A DNA stretch of 64,000 nt from a virus (lineage: Duplodnaviria; Caudoviricetes), in IMG/VR virus record IMGVR_UViG_2731957753_000001, positions 12,324 to 76,323 of that record. The stretch is one strand, 5' to 3'. The number at the start of each line of letters is the position of its first letter. Positions within the stretch are counted from its first letter, which is position 1. Below the pieces are notes generated by a model. That model did no database searches and was not told the DNA's origin. It was given only the letters and a program-made list of their open reading frames with translations. A program made the translations under genes and the position numbers. Positions 27,175 to 37,172 of this stretch are shown here, piece after piece.

Positions 27175-28089
27175 TCAGGCGTAGGTGACGGAGTAGTTCG
27201 CCGAAGCACCGGTCGCGTTGGTCACCACGACGTTGTGAGCGCCCGCGGTCTTCGCCGGGCTGTTGATCGCCAGAGTGGTGTCATTCACGACCTGGAAATC
27301 ATCCGCAGCAGTACCACCCACAGTCACACCCGTAGTACCGGTGAAGTTCTTACCCAACAGCACCACAGACTCGCCACCCGCAGCAGCGAGCGTGCCCGCC
27401 GGCAGATGCGAAGACACGATCGGAACCGCAGCCGTAGCGGTGAAGCCCATCTCATCCAGGCGTGCAGCGATACCGGGACCACAGAACACGTTCTTCACGC
27501 TGTAGCCGAGATCCTCGTCGATCTTCGCGGACCACGTGATGTTGTAGGTCAGACCACCCTCCTGCGACCACGACTGCTCACCAACACTGGTGACAATCGC
27601 GCGGGGCAGGATCCGCAGATGGAAAATCGTGTCCGCACCCGCACCATCAACGAGACCGAACACCAGACGGTGATAACGGGACTCAGGCGAGGTCGGGTCG
27701 TTCCACTGGAGTTCACCCGTGGTGCCGTCCGCTTCGATCGCAGACAGGTCCAGGCCACCATAAAGTTCCAGCGTGCGACGCTTGGTCTCGATCAGAGTCG
27801 TCGAGACGGTCATCTTGCGGGAGATGATGTCAGTCCGGGGCGGCTCCAGAGCACCCCAGGCCTCGATATCGTTGGTCTCGACCTCGGGCGTCCACGACGG
27901 GGGCGCATCCTTAGCGGTCATACCCAGCGACTCGAAATCGGTGAGCGCCTGGAACTCCGCGGCGACACCATCAGTGAACGCGGTGGGAATGGTTGCGTCC
28001 AGGTCACCGATCAGCACAAACCCCTTGTTGGGGCGAAGCACCAGGCTCGACTTCCAGTCCGCGAGCTGTTCATAGGTAACAGCAGGCAT
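27175..28089 (-). CDS. Major tail protein with C-terminal IPT/TIG Ig-like domain
   Basis: ATG at 28089; 'IEAWGALEPPRTDI'; 'GGESVVLLGKNFTG...V.VGG...SPAKTAG.HNVVVTN'. Confidence 0.88.
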   Translation of the reverse strand: MPAVTYEQLADWKSSLVLRPNKGFVLIGDLDATIPTAFTDGVAAEFQALTDFESLGMTAKDAPPSWTPEVETNDIEAWGALEPPRTDIISRKMTVSTTLIETKRRTLELYGGLDLSAIEADGTTGELQWNDPTSPESRYHRLVFGLVDGAGADTIFHLRILPRAIVTSVGEQSWSQEGGLTYNITWSAKIDEDLGYSVKNVFCGPGIAARLDEMGFTATAAVPIVSSHLPAGTLAAAGGESVVLLGKNFTGTTGVTVGGTAADDFQVVNDTTLAINSPAKTAGAHNVVVTNATGASANYSVTYA

Positions 28090-28168
28090 AAGCTGTGTCC
28101 TTGCTTTAGGCACGCCCAGAGACCCGCAACCGAAAATTGGTGCGGGTGGCGTGCAGAAGAGAAAAGAG

Positions 28169-28546
28169 TTAGGCGCGAGGGCGCCGATAAGAGAAGCGGT
28201 TCGTAGCGATAAACTCACGCATATCCCGCTGCTGAGGCGACATCGGCATAGCGCCAGTCACTTCCTCAGCCACATCAATCAGAAACCCGCCGGGCGCAGT
28301 GTTCCCACAGTGTCGAACCCGCTCCTGACCAGCCTTCTTCAAAGCCTTAGAAGCGGCACGAGTCGGACCCACGTACTCGACATCGACGACAGGGTTATCG
28401 AACACCCCATCTTCACGGCCGCCGACACGCTGCACATAGATGTACTCGGCCGGCAGGTCATCGTCGATGAACGTCACCACCGGGGCGAGACCGTCGAACA
28501 GGGCCTTCAGGACTTCGTCGTACTCCGGATAATCAGGCAGAGACAC
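28169..28546 (-). CDS. Tail terminator
   Basis: 'LPAEYIYVQRVGG...DNPVVDVE'; position. Confidence 0.75.
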   Translation of the reverse strand: MSLPDYPEYDEVLKALFDGLAPVVTFIDDDLPAEYIYVQRVGGREDGVFDNPVVDVEYVGPTRAASKALKKAGQERVRHCGNTAPGGFLIDVAEEVTGAMPMSPQQRDMREFIATNRFSYRRPRA

Positions 28547-28554
28547 GGCGCCTC

Positions 28555-28854
28555 CTAGCCTTCGATATCGCGGATGAAGTCCCGCATGACGTGTTCGGCC
28601 TTGTTGTAGCGGGTGCCGTGCTCACGGAAGCGGGCGTAATGCCCGTGTGCGTAGACGACGCCTTCGATGCGGCCGTCATCGCCTGGACCGGACAGTGCTT
28701 GAACGCTCGTAGCGTTGTAGCCCGTCCGCCACTTGCTTCGTGCAGCCCACCTGTCGGCGCCCTGTTCAGCGAGTTCGTGAACGAACCTCTCCAGTTCGGC
28801 AGACTCCCGCATGAACGTCCGGTCGAGGTCGAAATCAGCTCCGTCGTACTCCAC
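28555..28854 (-). CDS. Neck/tail-completion protein (HK97 gp10-like)
   Basis: 'SKWRTGYNA...YARFREHGT'. Confidence 0.7.
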   Translation of the reverse strand: MEYDGADFDLDRTFMRESAELERFVHELAEQGADRWAARSKWRTGYNATSVQALSGPGDDGRIEGVVYAHGHYARFREHGTRYNKAEHVMRDFIRDIEG

Positions 28855-29206
28855 TGGAACCGTCCTTCGCGATCGTGAACCGCACCCCGGTAGACCAGCC
28901 CGTAAACGGATTCGGAGTCTCCCGAACCTGCCCGTCGATCACAAAGATTCGACCGTCAGGCAACTGGATCCGATCCGACGAGACGACATCCGAACCATGC
29001 GGCGCCGTCACCCGCGCCGTGAGCACGAGCAGTTCCCCGCGCTCGTTGTCCTCGGTGTCAGTCCCCCACTTGAGATCACACGGCCCGATCTGATGCGGCG
29101 CCCCACCAGCACCGACAGGATCGCCCTGCCAGTCACGATCAGGCGAATCCCGCAGGACAGTCAGCATCGTCCCGCCCGGATACTGCGGGTGCGCATACGT
29201 CACCAC
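28835..29206 (-). CDS. Head-to-tail stopper
   Basis: 'SSDRIQLPDGRIFVIDGQVRETPNPFTGW'. Confidence 0.75.
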   Translation of the reverse strand: MVTYAHPQYPGGTMLTVLRDSPDRDWQGDPVGAGGAPHQIGPCDLKWGTDTEDNERGELLVLTARVTAPHGSDVVSSDRIQLPDGRIFVIDGQVRETPNPFTGWSTGVRFTIAKDGSSGVRRS

Positions 29207-29619
29207 GTGTCCGGCCTTGTCGACGCGAGCCCAGCAGACTTGAGGATCCCGAGAGCGACCGGGGACAGGAAATTCAGCGACCGTTCGACCTCTTCAGCCG
29301 AGACACTGTCCCCATAGGTGACCGAGCCGCCATCCGCGGACTGTGACTGGATGCCGATCTCTCGGCCAGCAGAACCAGCGGCCGGATTGATACCGGCCTC
29401 GATCCACATCGCCGCATGCGCGCACGTAGCGTCACGCATCGCCTCGATCACATCCGGTTCAGTCGGCGAACCAGCAGGGTCGACCTCATAGTGGTCGCAG
29501 GATGTGGCCCGACGCACCAGCGCCGACGCGAACTTGATCGCCCGCAACGCAACCGGTTCTTCCGGTACGTCGACCAGCCAGCCGTCCATCAAATCATCAG
29601 GGGCGGCATACACCAGCAT
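29200..29619 (-). CDS. Head-to-tail adaptor
   Basis: 'YAAPDDL...ASALVRRAT...DATCAHAAMW'. Confidence 0.75.
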   Translation of the reverse strand: MLVYAAPDDLMDGWLVDVPEEPVALRAIKFASALVRRATSCDHYEVDPAGSPTEPDVIEAMRDATCAHAAMWIEAGINPAAGSAGREIGIQSQSADGGSVTYGDSVSAEEVERSLNFLSPVALGILKSAGLASTRPDTW

Positions 29620-29927
29620 TATTCGCTCCCAGCGACCTTCTTGGCCGGCGCCTTGCGAGGAGCAGCCTTCTTCGCGGGAGCTTTCTTCGGCTCAGGCGCA
29701 GGTTCCGGCTCGACAACCAGCTCAGGCTCAAATGCAGCATCTGCGGCAGGTTCCGGCTCCGCCACCTGGGCGGGCTCAACGACCGGTTCGACAACAGGCT
29801 CCGGCTCCGCCTCAGCGGGCGCGTCGACCTCAACCCAGTACGCCCACTCCAAAAGGTCAGGGCGCGGATCCTCGGACTCAACCAGCAAATCCTGGTCACC
29901 GCCCAAATACTTATAGAAGTAAGGCAC
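29619..29927 (-). CDS. Small acidic Pro-rich protein with PAKK tail
   Basis: Follows the capsid gene; EPEP and KKAPAKK repeats. Confidence 0.65.
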   Translation of the reverse strand: MPYFYKYLGGDQDLLVESEDPRPDLLEWAYWVEVDAPAEAEPEPVVEPVVEPAQVAEPEPAADAAFEPELVVEPEPAPEPKKAPAKKAAPRKAPAKKVAGSE

Positions 29928-29996
29928 TACCGTTCTCCAAGTCAGACAGCCGATCGACTGCGCCGCCCACCATTTGGCAGGCGGCGCAGGTCAAAA

Positions 29997-30914
29997 TCAG
30001 GCTTCCAGCGCGCCACGCAGCAGAACACTGCGGTTCGCATCGAGGGTCGACACGCCATACAGAACGCTGAAGCTGACAACGTTCTGCATCTTGTTCTGGT
30101 CGTACGCGCGGGTCACACGCAGGCTGATGCCCTTGTACGACTCGATCGCATACGCGGTGCCGTCCATCGGCCGCGGCAGAGCAGCCGAAGTGAACGTGAA
30201 CGCCGTCTCATGGAACGCCAAACCAACCTCAGTGGTCGGCTGACCGCTCGCGGGATCCGCAGCCGGCTGGACGATGTTCTGGGTCATGTAAGCGTCGAAA
30301 CCGAACAGATTCCGGCCGATCGAGCCCTGACGGAGGGCATCGGTAGAACCACTCTGGTCGGCCTGCTTGATCAGAGTCGAGTTCAGCCAGTTCGCGCGGG
30401 CGGTCGGACCAACGACGGCGTGACGCCGCTGAGTCGGAACCTTCGCGATGTTCAGCAGCCGGTCAGCCTCAATCAGGACTTCGGGCTTGTTCCACTCGAA
30501 CCCGGTCGGGGTCACGCCAGCAACGGCGGTGGTCGCCGTCTTGGCGTGGGCGATGATCGCGCGGTCGATGTGCTGAGCGATTGCCTCAGCAGCAGGCTGG
30601 GAGACCTGAGTGTCGAACGACTCCAGCTCAAGCAGGTACTGCTCATCCGGGATCGGCAGCGACACCTCAACGATCTTGTCCAGCTTCACCGGGACGCTGC
30701 CCTCTTCCGCGTCCTGCAACTGGATACCGTCTGCACGGTTAAACAGGTTCGCGGTCAGCACAGCAGGCTTGCGGACGTTGACGGTGTCACCGATCTTCGC
30801 ATTGAACTCCTGCGAATGATCCCGATGCACCAGCGGCAGCATGACCAGGTTCTCGTACAGGTTCGCGAGAGTCTGACGCGCAATAACGTCAGGGGTCAGA
30901 AAATTGTTAGCCAA
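29997..30914 (-). CDS. Major capsid protein (P22-coat/HK97-fold type)
   Basis: 'MANNFLTPDVIA...KIGDTVNVRKP...LYGVSTLD'; follows the scaffold gene. Confidence 0.9.
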   Translation of the reverse strand: MANNFLTPDVIARQTLANLYENLVMLPLVHRDHSQEFNAKIGDTVNVRKPAVLTANLFNRADGIQLQDAEEGSVPVKLDKIVEVSLPIPDEQYLLELESFDTQVSQPAAEAIAQHIDRAIIAHAKTATTAVAGVTPTGFEWNKPEVLIEADRLLNIAKVPTQRRHAVVGPTARANWLNSTLIKQADQSGSTDALRQGSIGRNLFGFDAYMTQNIVQPAADPASGQPTTEVGLAFHETAFTFTSAALPRPMDGTAYAIESYKGISLRVTRAYDQNKMQNVVSFSVLYGVSTLDANRSVLLRGALEA

Positions 30915-30928
30915 TTTAGGCTCCTAGA

Positions 30929-31678
30929 TCAGAATCCGTCGCGTTCACGCTGTTCGCGTTTACGCCGCCGGATTTCTTCGACAGAATCCCGACCGGGCGA
31001 CGGCTTAGGTGCCGCGTTCCCGCCGGAGAGGTCTCCGCCGCTTCGAGGAGCCGCCGCCTGGGCGGGCGCCTTTTTCAGCTTCGGATTAGCTTCGACAGCC
31101 TCCGCCACAATTTCGGCCACCTGGGCAGCGAAATCGTCGGAATCGGTGTCAAGTTTCTCGACGGCCTTCGAAATTTTGACCGAATCGAGAATGGAATCAA
31201 GGTCACCCTCAGCCGTCTTAGCGGCAGCAGAAAGGGCGTCTTTCCGTGCATAGTTGCGCAGCTTTTCAGCGACCGAGTCACGCTCGGTTGCCAGCTGCGT
31301 CTCCCGCTCCTGCGCTGCACGCAGCAGCTCCGCGGGATCAGGTTCAGCGTCGTCCTCGACGAGCCCCAGAACCTTGCCGAGCTTCGAAACCAGTTCTTCA
31401 CTGGCTTTCTTCGCAGCCTCCTGGGCCGCTTTCTCGGCTTTCTCGTTGCCCTTTACGCGGTTCGCGGCGGCTTCTTTACGGAGCCGATCCACTTCCTTGT
31501 TCAGGCGCGAGATTTCCGGGTCCGCCTCAGTTTTCGAGGCTTCAGTTTCGGCCGGTTTATCGGTTTCGGTGGCCTGTACAGCGTCACCGGCTTCCGAATT
31601 CTCGACCGAGGTGTCGACAGCTTCGTCGACGGATACATTTTCAGTTGTGGTTTCCTGGTTTGCGGCTTCGTCGGCCAT
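30929..31678 (-). CDS. Capsid scaffolding protein
   Basis: Acidic N-terminus, 'LRKEAAANR' coiled coil, 'RSGGDL' C-terminus. Confidence 0.85.
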   Translation of the reverse strand: MADEAANQETTTENVSVDEAVDTSVENSEAGDAVQATETDKPAETEASKTEADPEISRLNKEVDRLRKEAAANRVKGNEKAEKAAQEAAKKASEELVSKLGKVLGLVEDDAEPDPAELLRAAQERETQLATERDSVAEKLRNYARKDALSAAAKTAEGDLDSILDSVKISKAVEKLDTDSDDFAAQVAEIVAEAVEANPKLKKAPAQAAAPRSGGDLSGGNAAPKPSPGRDSVEEIRRRKREQRERDGF

Positions 31679-31797
31679 GAATGTCTCCTGGACATGTAGA
31701 AACACCCGAATGGCAACCTGGCCTATTCGGGTGCAGATATGACGAAACCCCCGAATAGAATTCGAGGGTCAGAACCCGCTATAGAAAAGCGGGAAGC

Positions 31798-32766
31798 TTA
31801 ATCGGATTGCGCCACATACCGGACGCGGTCATTACGGCGCTCACGGCGCGCCAACGCGCGAGCACGGCGGCGCTCAGCGCGCACAGAATCAGGGACACGC
31901 ACCGCACGGGGCGGCGCCGGATCATCCGGAGTCCACACGCTGGCTACGTGCCTACAGTTCGGGTGCCAGAGGCCACGTGCACGAGCCTCAGCAACCGAAC
32001 CCCACACTGTCACAGTGACAGTCCGGCCCGAGGTCGCTTCTCTCGCAATCGCGCCGACTGTAGCCCCCGAGATTGAGAGCACCTGACCTTCAAACGGCGA
32101 ACACAGCGGGCAGCTACCCGCCACATCGGACACCACGATCAGATCGTGCCCTGCCGCGGCAACCTGCGCACAATACGCATCCACCTCAGCGCGAGTAATC
32201 GCCGACCGGACCGCCATCTCCACATACGAGACGAGATCCCAACGCCGGCCACGCGCATCCACAAACCCCGTGATGCCGCGGCGCGCGAACGCATCTAGCG
32301 CGCGCTGCACGACACGGGCACGATCAGTGTTCCCACGGTCACGCTCCGCCCGCACAGCCTCATCAACGACAGCCCGATACGCGCCATCCAAGACAGTCGG
32401 AACATGCGCATGCGTACGCCGCACCGTATCGACCGCCTCATCAATCAGACGCTCCACCGGACCCTCATCAGCGCGAGGAGCACCAGGGATGTCATGTCGA
32501 GCCGCTGCAACACCGTCGCGCCACGCACCCAACACCGCAGCACGAACTGCCGGCGCCATATCCCGATCAGTCTCGGCAACATCACGCTCAACATTGCGCC
32601 GAAACCGCGGCAACCGAGCCAGCAGCCGCATCGCCCACACCACCGCATGCCCGACACCCGGCGCCACCGCCATAGCAAGACGCTCCAGCAGGCGACGCTC
32701 CAAGCGCCGATACAAGCGGGTGACCGGGCCGATACGACGATCACCGAAGGACGGAGTAAGAGGCAT
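31798..32766 (-). CDS. Minor capsid / capsid maturation (MuF-like) protein
   Basis: 'RGITGFVDARGRRWDLVSYVEMA', 'SCPLCSPFEGQV', 'GLWHPNCRH'. Confidence 0.85.
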   Translation of the reverse strand: MPLTPSFGDRRIGPVTRLYRRLERRLLERLAMAVAPGVGHAVVWAMRLLARLPRFRRNVERDVAETDRDMAPAVRAAVLGAWRDGVAAARHDIPGAPRADEGPVERLIDEAVDTVRRTHAHVPTVLDGAYRAVVDEAVRAERDRGNTDRARVVQRALDAFARRGITGFVDARGRRWDLVSYVEMAVRSAITRAEVDAYCAQVAAAGHDLIVVSDVAGSCPLCSPFEGQVLSISGATVGAIAREATSGRTVTVTVWGSVAEARARGLWHPNCRHVASVWTPDDPAPPRAVRVPDSVRAERRRARALARRERRNDRVRYVAQSD

Positions 32767-34379
32767 CAGGCCGCCTCCGCAACCTCAACGTCAGGCTCGA
32801 CCTCGTCCTGGAAGTCGTTGCGCGGTTCATCCTCGGCGGACTCGAACTCACCGCCGTCGGGGTCCGGGACCGTCAGCGCGACCTCATCGAGAATCCGCGC
32901 CACTTCCTCTTCGACCTCGTCGTTCGACCAGTTCGGGTTGAACATGCGCACCGCGGTTTCGGTACTGATCGCCTGCGCAATTTTCAGGTTGCTGATGGCA
33001 GTCGACAACGCGACCGGATCCTGATCCACACGCACCGGGAAGTGCAGCTCTGGGGCTTCCTTCAACCCGAAATCCGGACCGCCGAAGACCTTGTAGTCTA
33101 GACGGAGTGCCGCGAGTCCGAATGGCCGGAGTTCAGCCTGGACATATAGCAGTTTCCGGTTCCGGGTCTGATTCGACTTGTCCTTACGCGCAGACACCTC
33201 GGTAGCCGTCATCGACACCGAATCAGCGTCATCGAAATCCGCAGCCGAATAGCCCGCCCCCCGCAGGATCTGCTTCAGCAAGTCCTGGCAGGTCTTCGCA
33301 TGCTCCTCAACCCGAATACTGAACTGCTGCGCCTGCACCAGTTGGTTCGGGCCGTCCTCCGGCAGCATCTGATTACCAGGAACCGGAGTGAAAATCTCTT
33401 GCTCACGATCGAACGAAGACCCCATACCGGGGCCCTTGTCCTCCAGAGCTTCCTGCGCGACGAACAACCGGGCCTTCCCCAGGTCCAGGTCACGCATCCA
33501 GGACGACCACGCTTCATCAAGCGCATCGAACAAGGGCTCCAAACCCTCAAAATCCGAGCGTCCCAACGGCGACAAACCTGGAGTGTTACGCCACCTGCGA
33601 GTAGGGCGAACGTTCGGGATGTAGCAGGCCGTCAACTCGTCGATACCGGTCGGGATCGACGACTCCTCATCCACCAGCTCCGCGGCCCAGAGGGTTTCGT
33701 CCATCGCGTCCAGAGGCATCCGCCGGCCGATCGCGCCATCATCCCCGCAATACAGGGCATGCTCAATCCGGCCTGGCTCATGATGCTCCAAATGCCGCCA
33801 CGTGCCGAGCTTGTCTTTCCCGATGATCCGCCAGAACGTGACACCCGCAAGTTTCCCGTACCGCCATTGCGGCACGGCAGCGTCCGGGGCTACCGCGCCG
33901 ATCATGACCTTTTTCGCGACAGATTCGTCCCACCAGAGCCGCAAGTAGGTTCCGCCCAATGCGGCGGCCCCCTCAGCGGCTTCCAGAAGGGTAGCGAGGG
34001 TGTCAGCGCCATCCAGGATGGTGTTCACGCGATCCTGCGCACCCTTTACGTCTGTGGCCGTCTCCTCGGTGCACAGCCAAGTCGGAGGCTGCCCAAACAG
34101 CAGATCCGCCGACATGGTCGCCAAATCGGCAGCTACAGGGATGTGAAGACGCTTCGTGTCGTTGAAAACAGGACGCCCCCACCAGAATCGACTGAGTGCG
34201 CCCCGCACCCCGCCTAAAAGTTGACTTGGGCGCACAGGCGCGGAGGGGACGGCCCGGCTGTAGATCTCTGCCAGATCGTCAGAATTCCCACTCCACCACG
34301 CGGTGTACTCCCCGTACATATCGGCAGCCAGGTCATGAGGCTTTGGGGGCCACTCGCCAGAATAATCGGGCATCGGCAC
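32766..34379 (-). CDS. Portal protein
   Basis: 'HIPVAADLATMSADLLFG', 'GRSDF', 'TATEV' (SPP1/A118-like). Confidence 0.9.
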   Translation of the reverse strand: MPMPDYSGEWPPKPHDLAADMYGEYTAWWSGNSDDLAEIYSRAVPSAPVRPSQLLGGVRGALSRFWWGRPVFNDTKRLHIPVAADLATMSADLLFGQPPTWLCTEETATDVKGAQDRVNTILDGADTLATLLEAAEGAAALGGTYLRLWWDESVAKKVMIGAVAPDAAVPQWRYGKLAGVTFWRIIGKDKLGTWRHLEHHEPGRIEHALYCGDDGAIGRRMPLDAMDETLWAAELVDEESSIPTGIDELTACYIPNVRPTRRWRNTPGLSPLGRSDFEGLEPLFDALDEAWSSWMRDLDLGKARLFVAQEALEDKGPGMGSSFDREQEIFTPVPGNQMLPEDGPNQLVQAQQFSIRVEEHAKTCQDLLKQILRGAGYSAADFDDADSVSMTATEVSARKDKSNQTRNRKLLYVQAELRPFGLAALRLDYKVFGGPDFGLKEAPELHFPVRVDQDPVALSTAISNLKIAQAISTETAVRMFNPNWSNDEVEEEVARILDEVALTVPDPDGGEFESAEDEPRNDFQDEVEPDVEVAEAA

Positions 34380-34396
34380 TGGTGGCCTCCTACAAG

Positions 34397-35620
34397 TTAT
34401 GGGCGACTAGGCGACGCCCTTCGCATATCGGCGAAGTACGGCCATTTGTCAGATTTGGAAGAGTTGCAGGGTTGGCATATCGGGCGCAGATTCGCTGGCA
34501 TATGCGGGCCGCCCTTGTTCAGCGGCTTCACGTGGTCGGTCGCGGTCGCTTCACCACGGCAAACCCAGCAACGGTTACCGAAATACTCCCACCGAGCGGT
34601 TACCGATTCAGGGCCGAACGGAATGATCGTGGCATTCTTCTTTTTCGCCTCGTACGCCTGACCGTATGCGCGCCACCGGTCCCGGTTTTCAGCATTCCAG
34701 CGCGCGGATGCAAGCGCTGCGGCTTTCGGTTTGCAGTCCTTGCAGTATGTTGCGCCGGGTGTTGTGGCGCTGAATGTCGTGGCACACATAGCGCATGGAA
34801 TGCAGCGCGGCGGAGGGCCCGCAACATCGCCGTAGCGGTAATGCCGGTGCGCGTGGCGGCCGCAGTATCCCAGACTGCCAAGTCTCCCAATTACGTTCTC
34901 GCAGCCACTGACAGAGCACGGCGTTGCACGGTCCAGGACCGGCGGCTCCCGCAGTGGATCGCCGAAATGCTTCCAACGCCAGTGATGGCGGGAGCACATC
35001 CCCAGCTTCTCGACTGGGTTTCCGCACTCGTCGACCGAACATCTGCGCTTCGCGCGGCATTCTTTACAGAGATTTTGGGCGCGGCCCCGGTCCCGCCGCC
35101 AGGTCATGCCGCAATCCTCGCAAGTTGAGGTAGCGAATTTTAGTGGGTCACCGAATTGCCTGAACGCCCAATAGTGAGATGGGCACCAGCCGCGGCTTCC
35201 CTTTTCCCCAACGAGGTTCTTGCATCCCTCGATTGCGCAGGGCTGGTCCTTGACGTATACGGGATCGTCCGTAGTGCCTGTCGCCAGCAGTCGCGCATAA
35301 TGTGTCCCGCAGAGACTACGGGCGCTGACCGCCTTCGCGCAGCCTTCAACCTTGCACGCAACACCACGCCGCTCCCTAACCCGGGGAGCTAGGTCTTTTC
35401 CTCGATACCAGCGCTGATAATGCGGTGAGCAGTACCCGCGCCGGAGGTTCGGCCGTCCGCAGCCCTCCACCGTGCATTCACCGGAGCGTTCGACTTTAGG
35501 GAGCAAGGCCAGTTCGCCAGTGCGGCGAGCTATTGCATAGTGAGTGCCGCAGTATCCACGGGCACGAAGGGGCTTCTCGCAGTCCACGGCCGTGCAGACA
35601 CGTGGTGTATCCTTGGAAAT
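34397..35620 (-). CDS. HNH endonuclease with tandem Cys/His zinc-finger-like repeats; probable ATT start at 35620
   Basis: Five CxxxxC-x8-10-CxxH(Y/W/A) repeats plus extra CxxC pairs; 'CWVC...DHVKPLNKGG...NLRPICQPCNSSK'. Confidence 0.85.
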   Translation of the reverse strand: MSKDTPRVCTAVDCEKPLRARGYCGTHYAIARRTGELALLPKVERSGECTVEGCGRPNLRRGYCSPHYQRWYRGKDLAPRVRERRGVACKVEGCAKAVSARSLCGTHYARLLATGTTDDPVYVKDQPCAIEGCKNLVGEKGSRGWCPSHYWAFRQFGDPLKFATSTCEDCGMTWRRDRGRAQNLCKECRAKRRCSVDECGNPVEKLGMCSRHHWRWKHFGDPLREPPVLDRATPCSVSGCENVIGRLGSLGYCGRHAHRHYRYGDVAGPPPRCIPCAMCATTFSATTPGATYCKDCKPKAAALASARWNAENRDRWRAYGQAYEAKKKNATIIPFGPESVTARWEYFGNRCWVCRGEATATDHVKPLNKGGPHMPANLRPICQPCNSSKSDKWPYFADMRRASPSRP

Positions 35621-35682
35621 TGTCGACTCCTACTAGTCGGCCATGCCCCGGGAGTGTTAGCGCACTCGCCGGGGTCTTTTCT
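35618..35682 (-). promoter_or_regulatory. Two-hairpin leader homologous to 13624-13690
   Basis: CCCCGG-GAGTG-cgctaa-CACTC-CCGGGG, then CGACT-agtagg-AGTCG. Confidence 0.7.
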
Positions 35683-35725
35683 GTTGTCGTAATATCCAAC
35701 GGTCCTGGGCGGGTTCATGTTCCGC

Positions 35726-36862
35726 CTAAACCAAGGAAAGATTCTCGAATTCTCGTCCGCGCGTTGTGTAGATCAACGCGCCTTGCCGGGATTCGGCACC
35801 GGTCTTGTCGCGGTACCAGGCGCTCCCGCCGTCGAATGTTGGAGAGCAGATGATCGTCCGGGCAGCAGACTGCTGGATACCGGTCTCGTGATAGTGCCCG
35901 TGCAGAAGAAAGTCGGCACCAGCGGGATTGCCCTGATGGTATGCCTGCGAAGCCCACCACGCGTCAGCTTTGCCCTTCCGGAACTGGTGTCCGTGCAGCA
36001 GCGTGAACACGCTTTCGCCGACCCGGACTGTCATGTAGCCCTGGTCTTTCGGCGGCACCTGGACACGCACATGCCCGTAGGCCGCGGTGTTCTCGGCGAG
36101 GGCATCGGCTACCGCGATAGCGCCTTCGGTGGCCCAGTTGTCGTCTGCGCGAGTCCGCACAGGCACGCGGGTGGCGTCATCATGGTTGCCGCCGATCACC
36201 GATACCGCAACCTCATCGGCGAGCGGAGCAAACGCCTTGACGGTCTCCAGCAGAGTTCTGCGCCACAGTCGAACCTGTTCGGTCACGGTAAGCGACTGCC
36301 GCCATGCAAGCGCCCCGCCCTGGGAGACTCCACCGTTCTCGATGCAGTCACCGACAAACGCGAGATGCACGGCGCCAATCCGGTCCCGAGACTGCCGCCC
36401 CTTCAACTCCGCGAGCGCGCGATCTACCGACTGGAAGTAGCGGTTCACCGAGCCTTCCACGGAGTAGCCGTCGATCTTCCCAAATTGCATGTCCCCGGCC
36501 TGGTACACGAATACGCCATCGCCAGCCGACTCGGCCGGCCGATGGGGTTCACGGTCCCGGATCGAGGCAATCAGTTCTTCCAGCCCTGCGGCCGAAGCAG
36601 TTCGCGGCGCGATCTGGAACCGGTAGGCCGAGAGCCAGCGCTCATCGTAGGTTTGCCAACGGCTGATTCGTGGCGCGCCTACGATCTGCACTTCGTCCGG
36701 GTCGTACCCGAATTGCTTCAGCAACTCGACATGCGAGGCCGGCGGTTCGGCGAGCGGACCAGTCTGGAGATATCCACCCGTCTGACCGTCGTACTCGGTG
36801 CGCGCCCGATGCTCGGCCTCGACCGCGGTCGGCTGCTTCAAGAGATCATCAGCGAGACTCAC
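35726..36862 (-). CDS. Calcineurin-like metallophosphoesterase
   Basis: GDMQFG, VGDCIEN, GGNHDD, HGHQ, HGHYH motifs. Confidence 0.88.
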   Translation of the reverse strand: MSLADDLLKQPTAVEAEHRARTEYDGQTGGYLQTGPLAEPPASHVELLKQFGYDPDEVQIVGAPRISRWQTYDERWLSAYRFQIAPRTASAAGLEELIASIRDREPHRPAESAGDGVFVYQAGDMQFGKIDGYSVEGSVNRYFQSVDRALAELKGRQSRDRIGAVHLAFVGDCIENGGVSQGGALAWRQSLTVTEQVRLWRRTLLETVKAFAPLADEVAVSVIGGNHDDATRVPVRTRADDNWATEGAIAVADALAENTAAYGHVRVQVPPKDQGYMTVRVGESVFTLLHGHQFRKGKADAWWASQAYHQGNPAGADFLLHGHYHETGIQQSAARTIICSPTFDGGSAWYRDKTGAESRQGALIYTTRGREFENLSLV

Positions 36863-37113
36863 GCAGCAACCTCCAGGCCGATGTAGCAGGTGCAACGCTT
36901 CTTGCAGTGCACCCGGAACTGGGTTTCGGAGGCGTCGCAGTTGTTCCGAACGGCAGTGTGGTGCAGGGTCCGCAACTGGCCGCCCTCCGCCACATACCGT
37001 TCGAACGCTGCCCGGTCCCGCTCGTCAAGCCCAGCAAGCCACACACCAGTAGTGCATGCGACTGGGCCACGTTTCCGCTGCCGGATGCTGTCGAGTTCGT
37101 CAGCGAGGGACAC
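36859..37113 (-). CDS. Small Cys-containing protein
   Basis: 'HCKKRCTC'; N-terminus SLADEL mirrors SLADDL of the next gene. Confidence 0.7.
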   Translation of the reverse strand: MSLADELDSIRQRKRGPVACTTGVWLAGLDERDRAAFERYVAEGGQLRTLHHTAVRNNCDASETQFRVHCKKRCTCYIGLEVAA

Positions 37114-37143
37114 AATGCCTCCTGTTGATTTACCTACACGCAT

Positions 37144-37172
37144 ATGCTATGGGCGCAGGCAAACCACGAATT
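37144..37172 (-). promoter_or_regulatory. Phage-specific promoter motif, copy 1
   Basis: AATTCGTGGTTTGCC-N8-TAGCAT. Confidence 0.7.

Noticed and set aside
27121-29990. Hairpins after the major tail, tail terminator and capsid genes (27121-27153, ~28110-28155, ~29958-29990)
   Set aside because: Ordinary late-operon mRNA stabilisers or attenuators; no further signal
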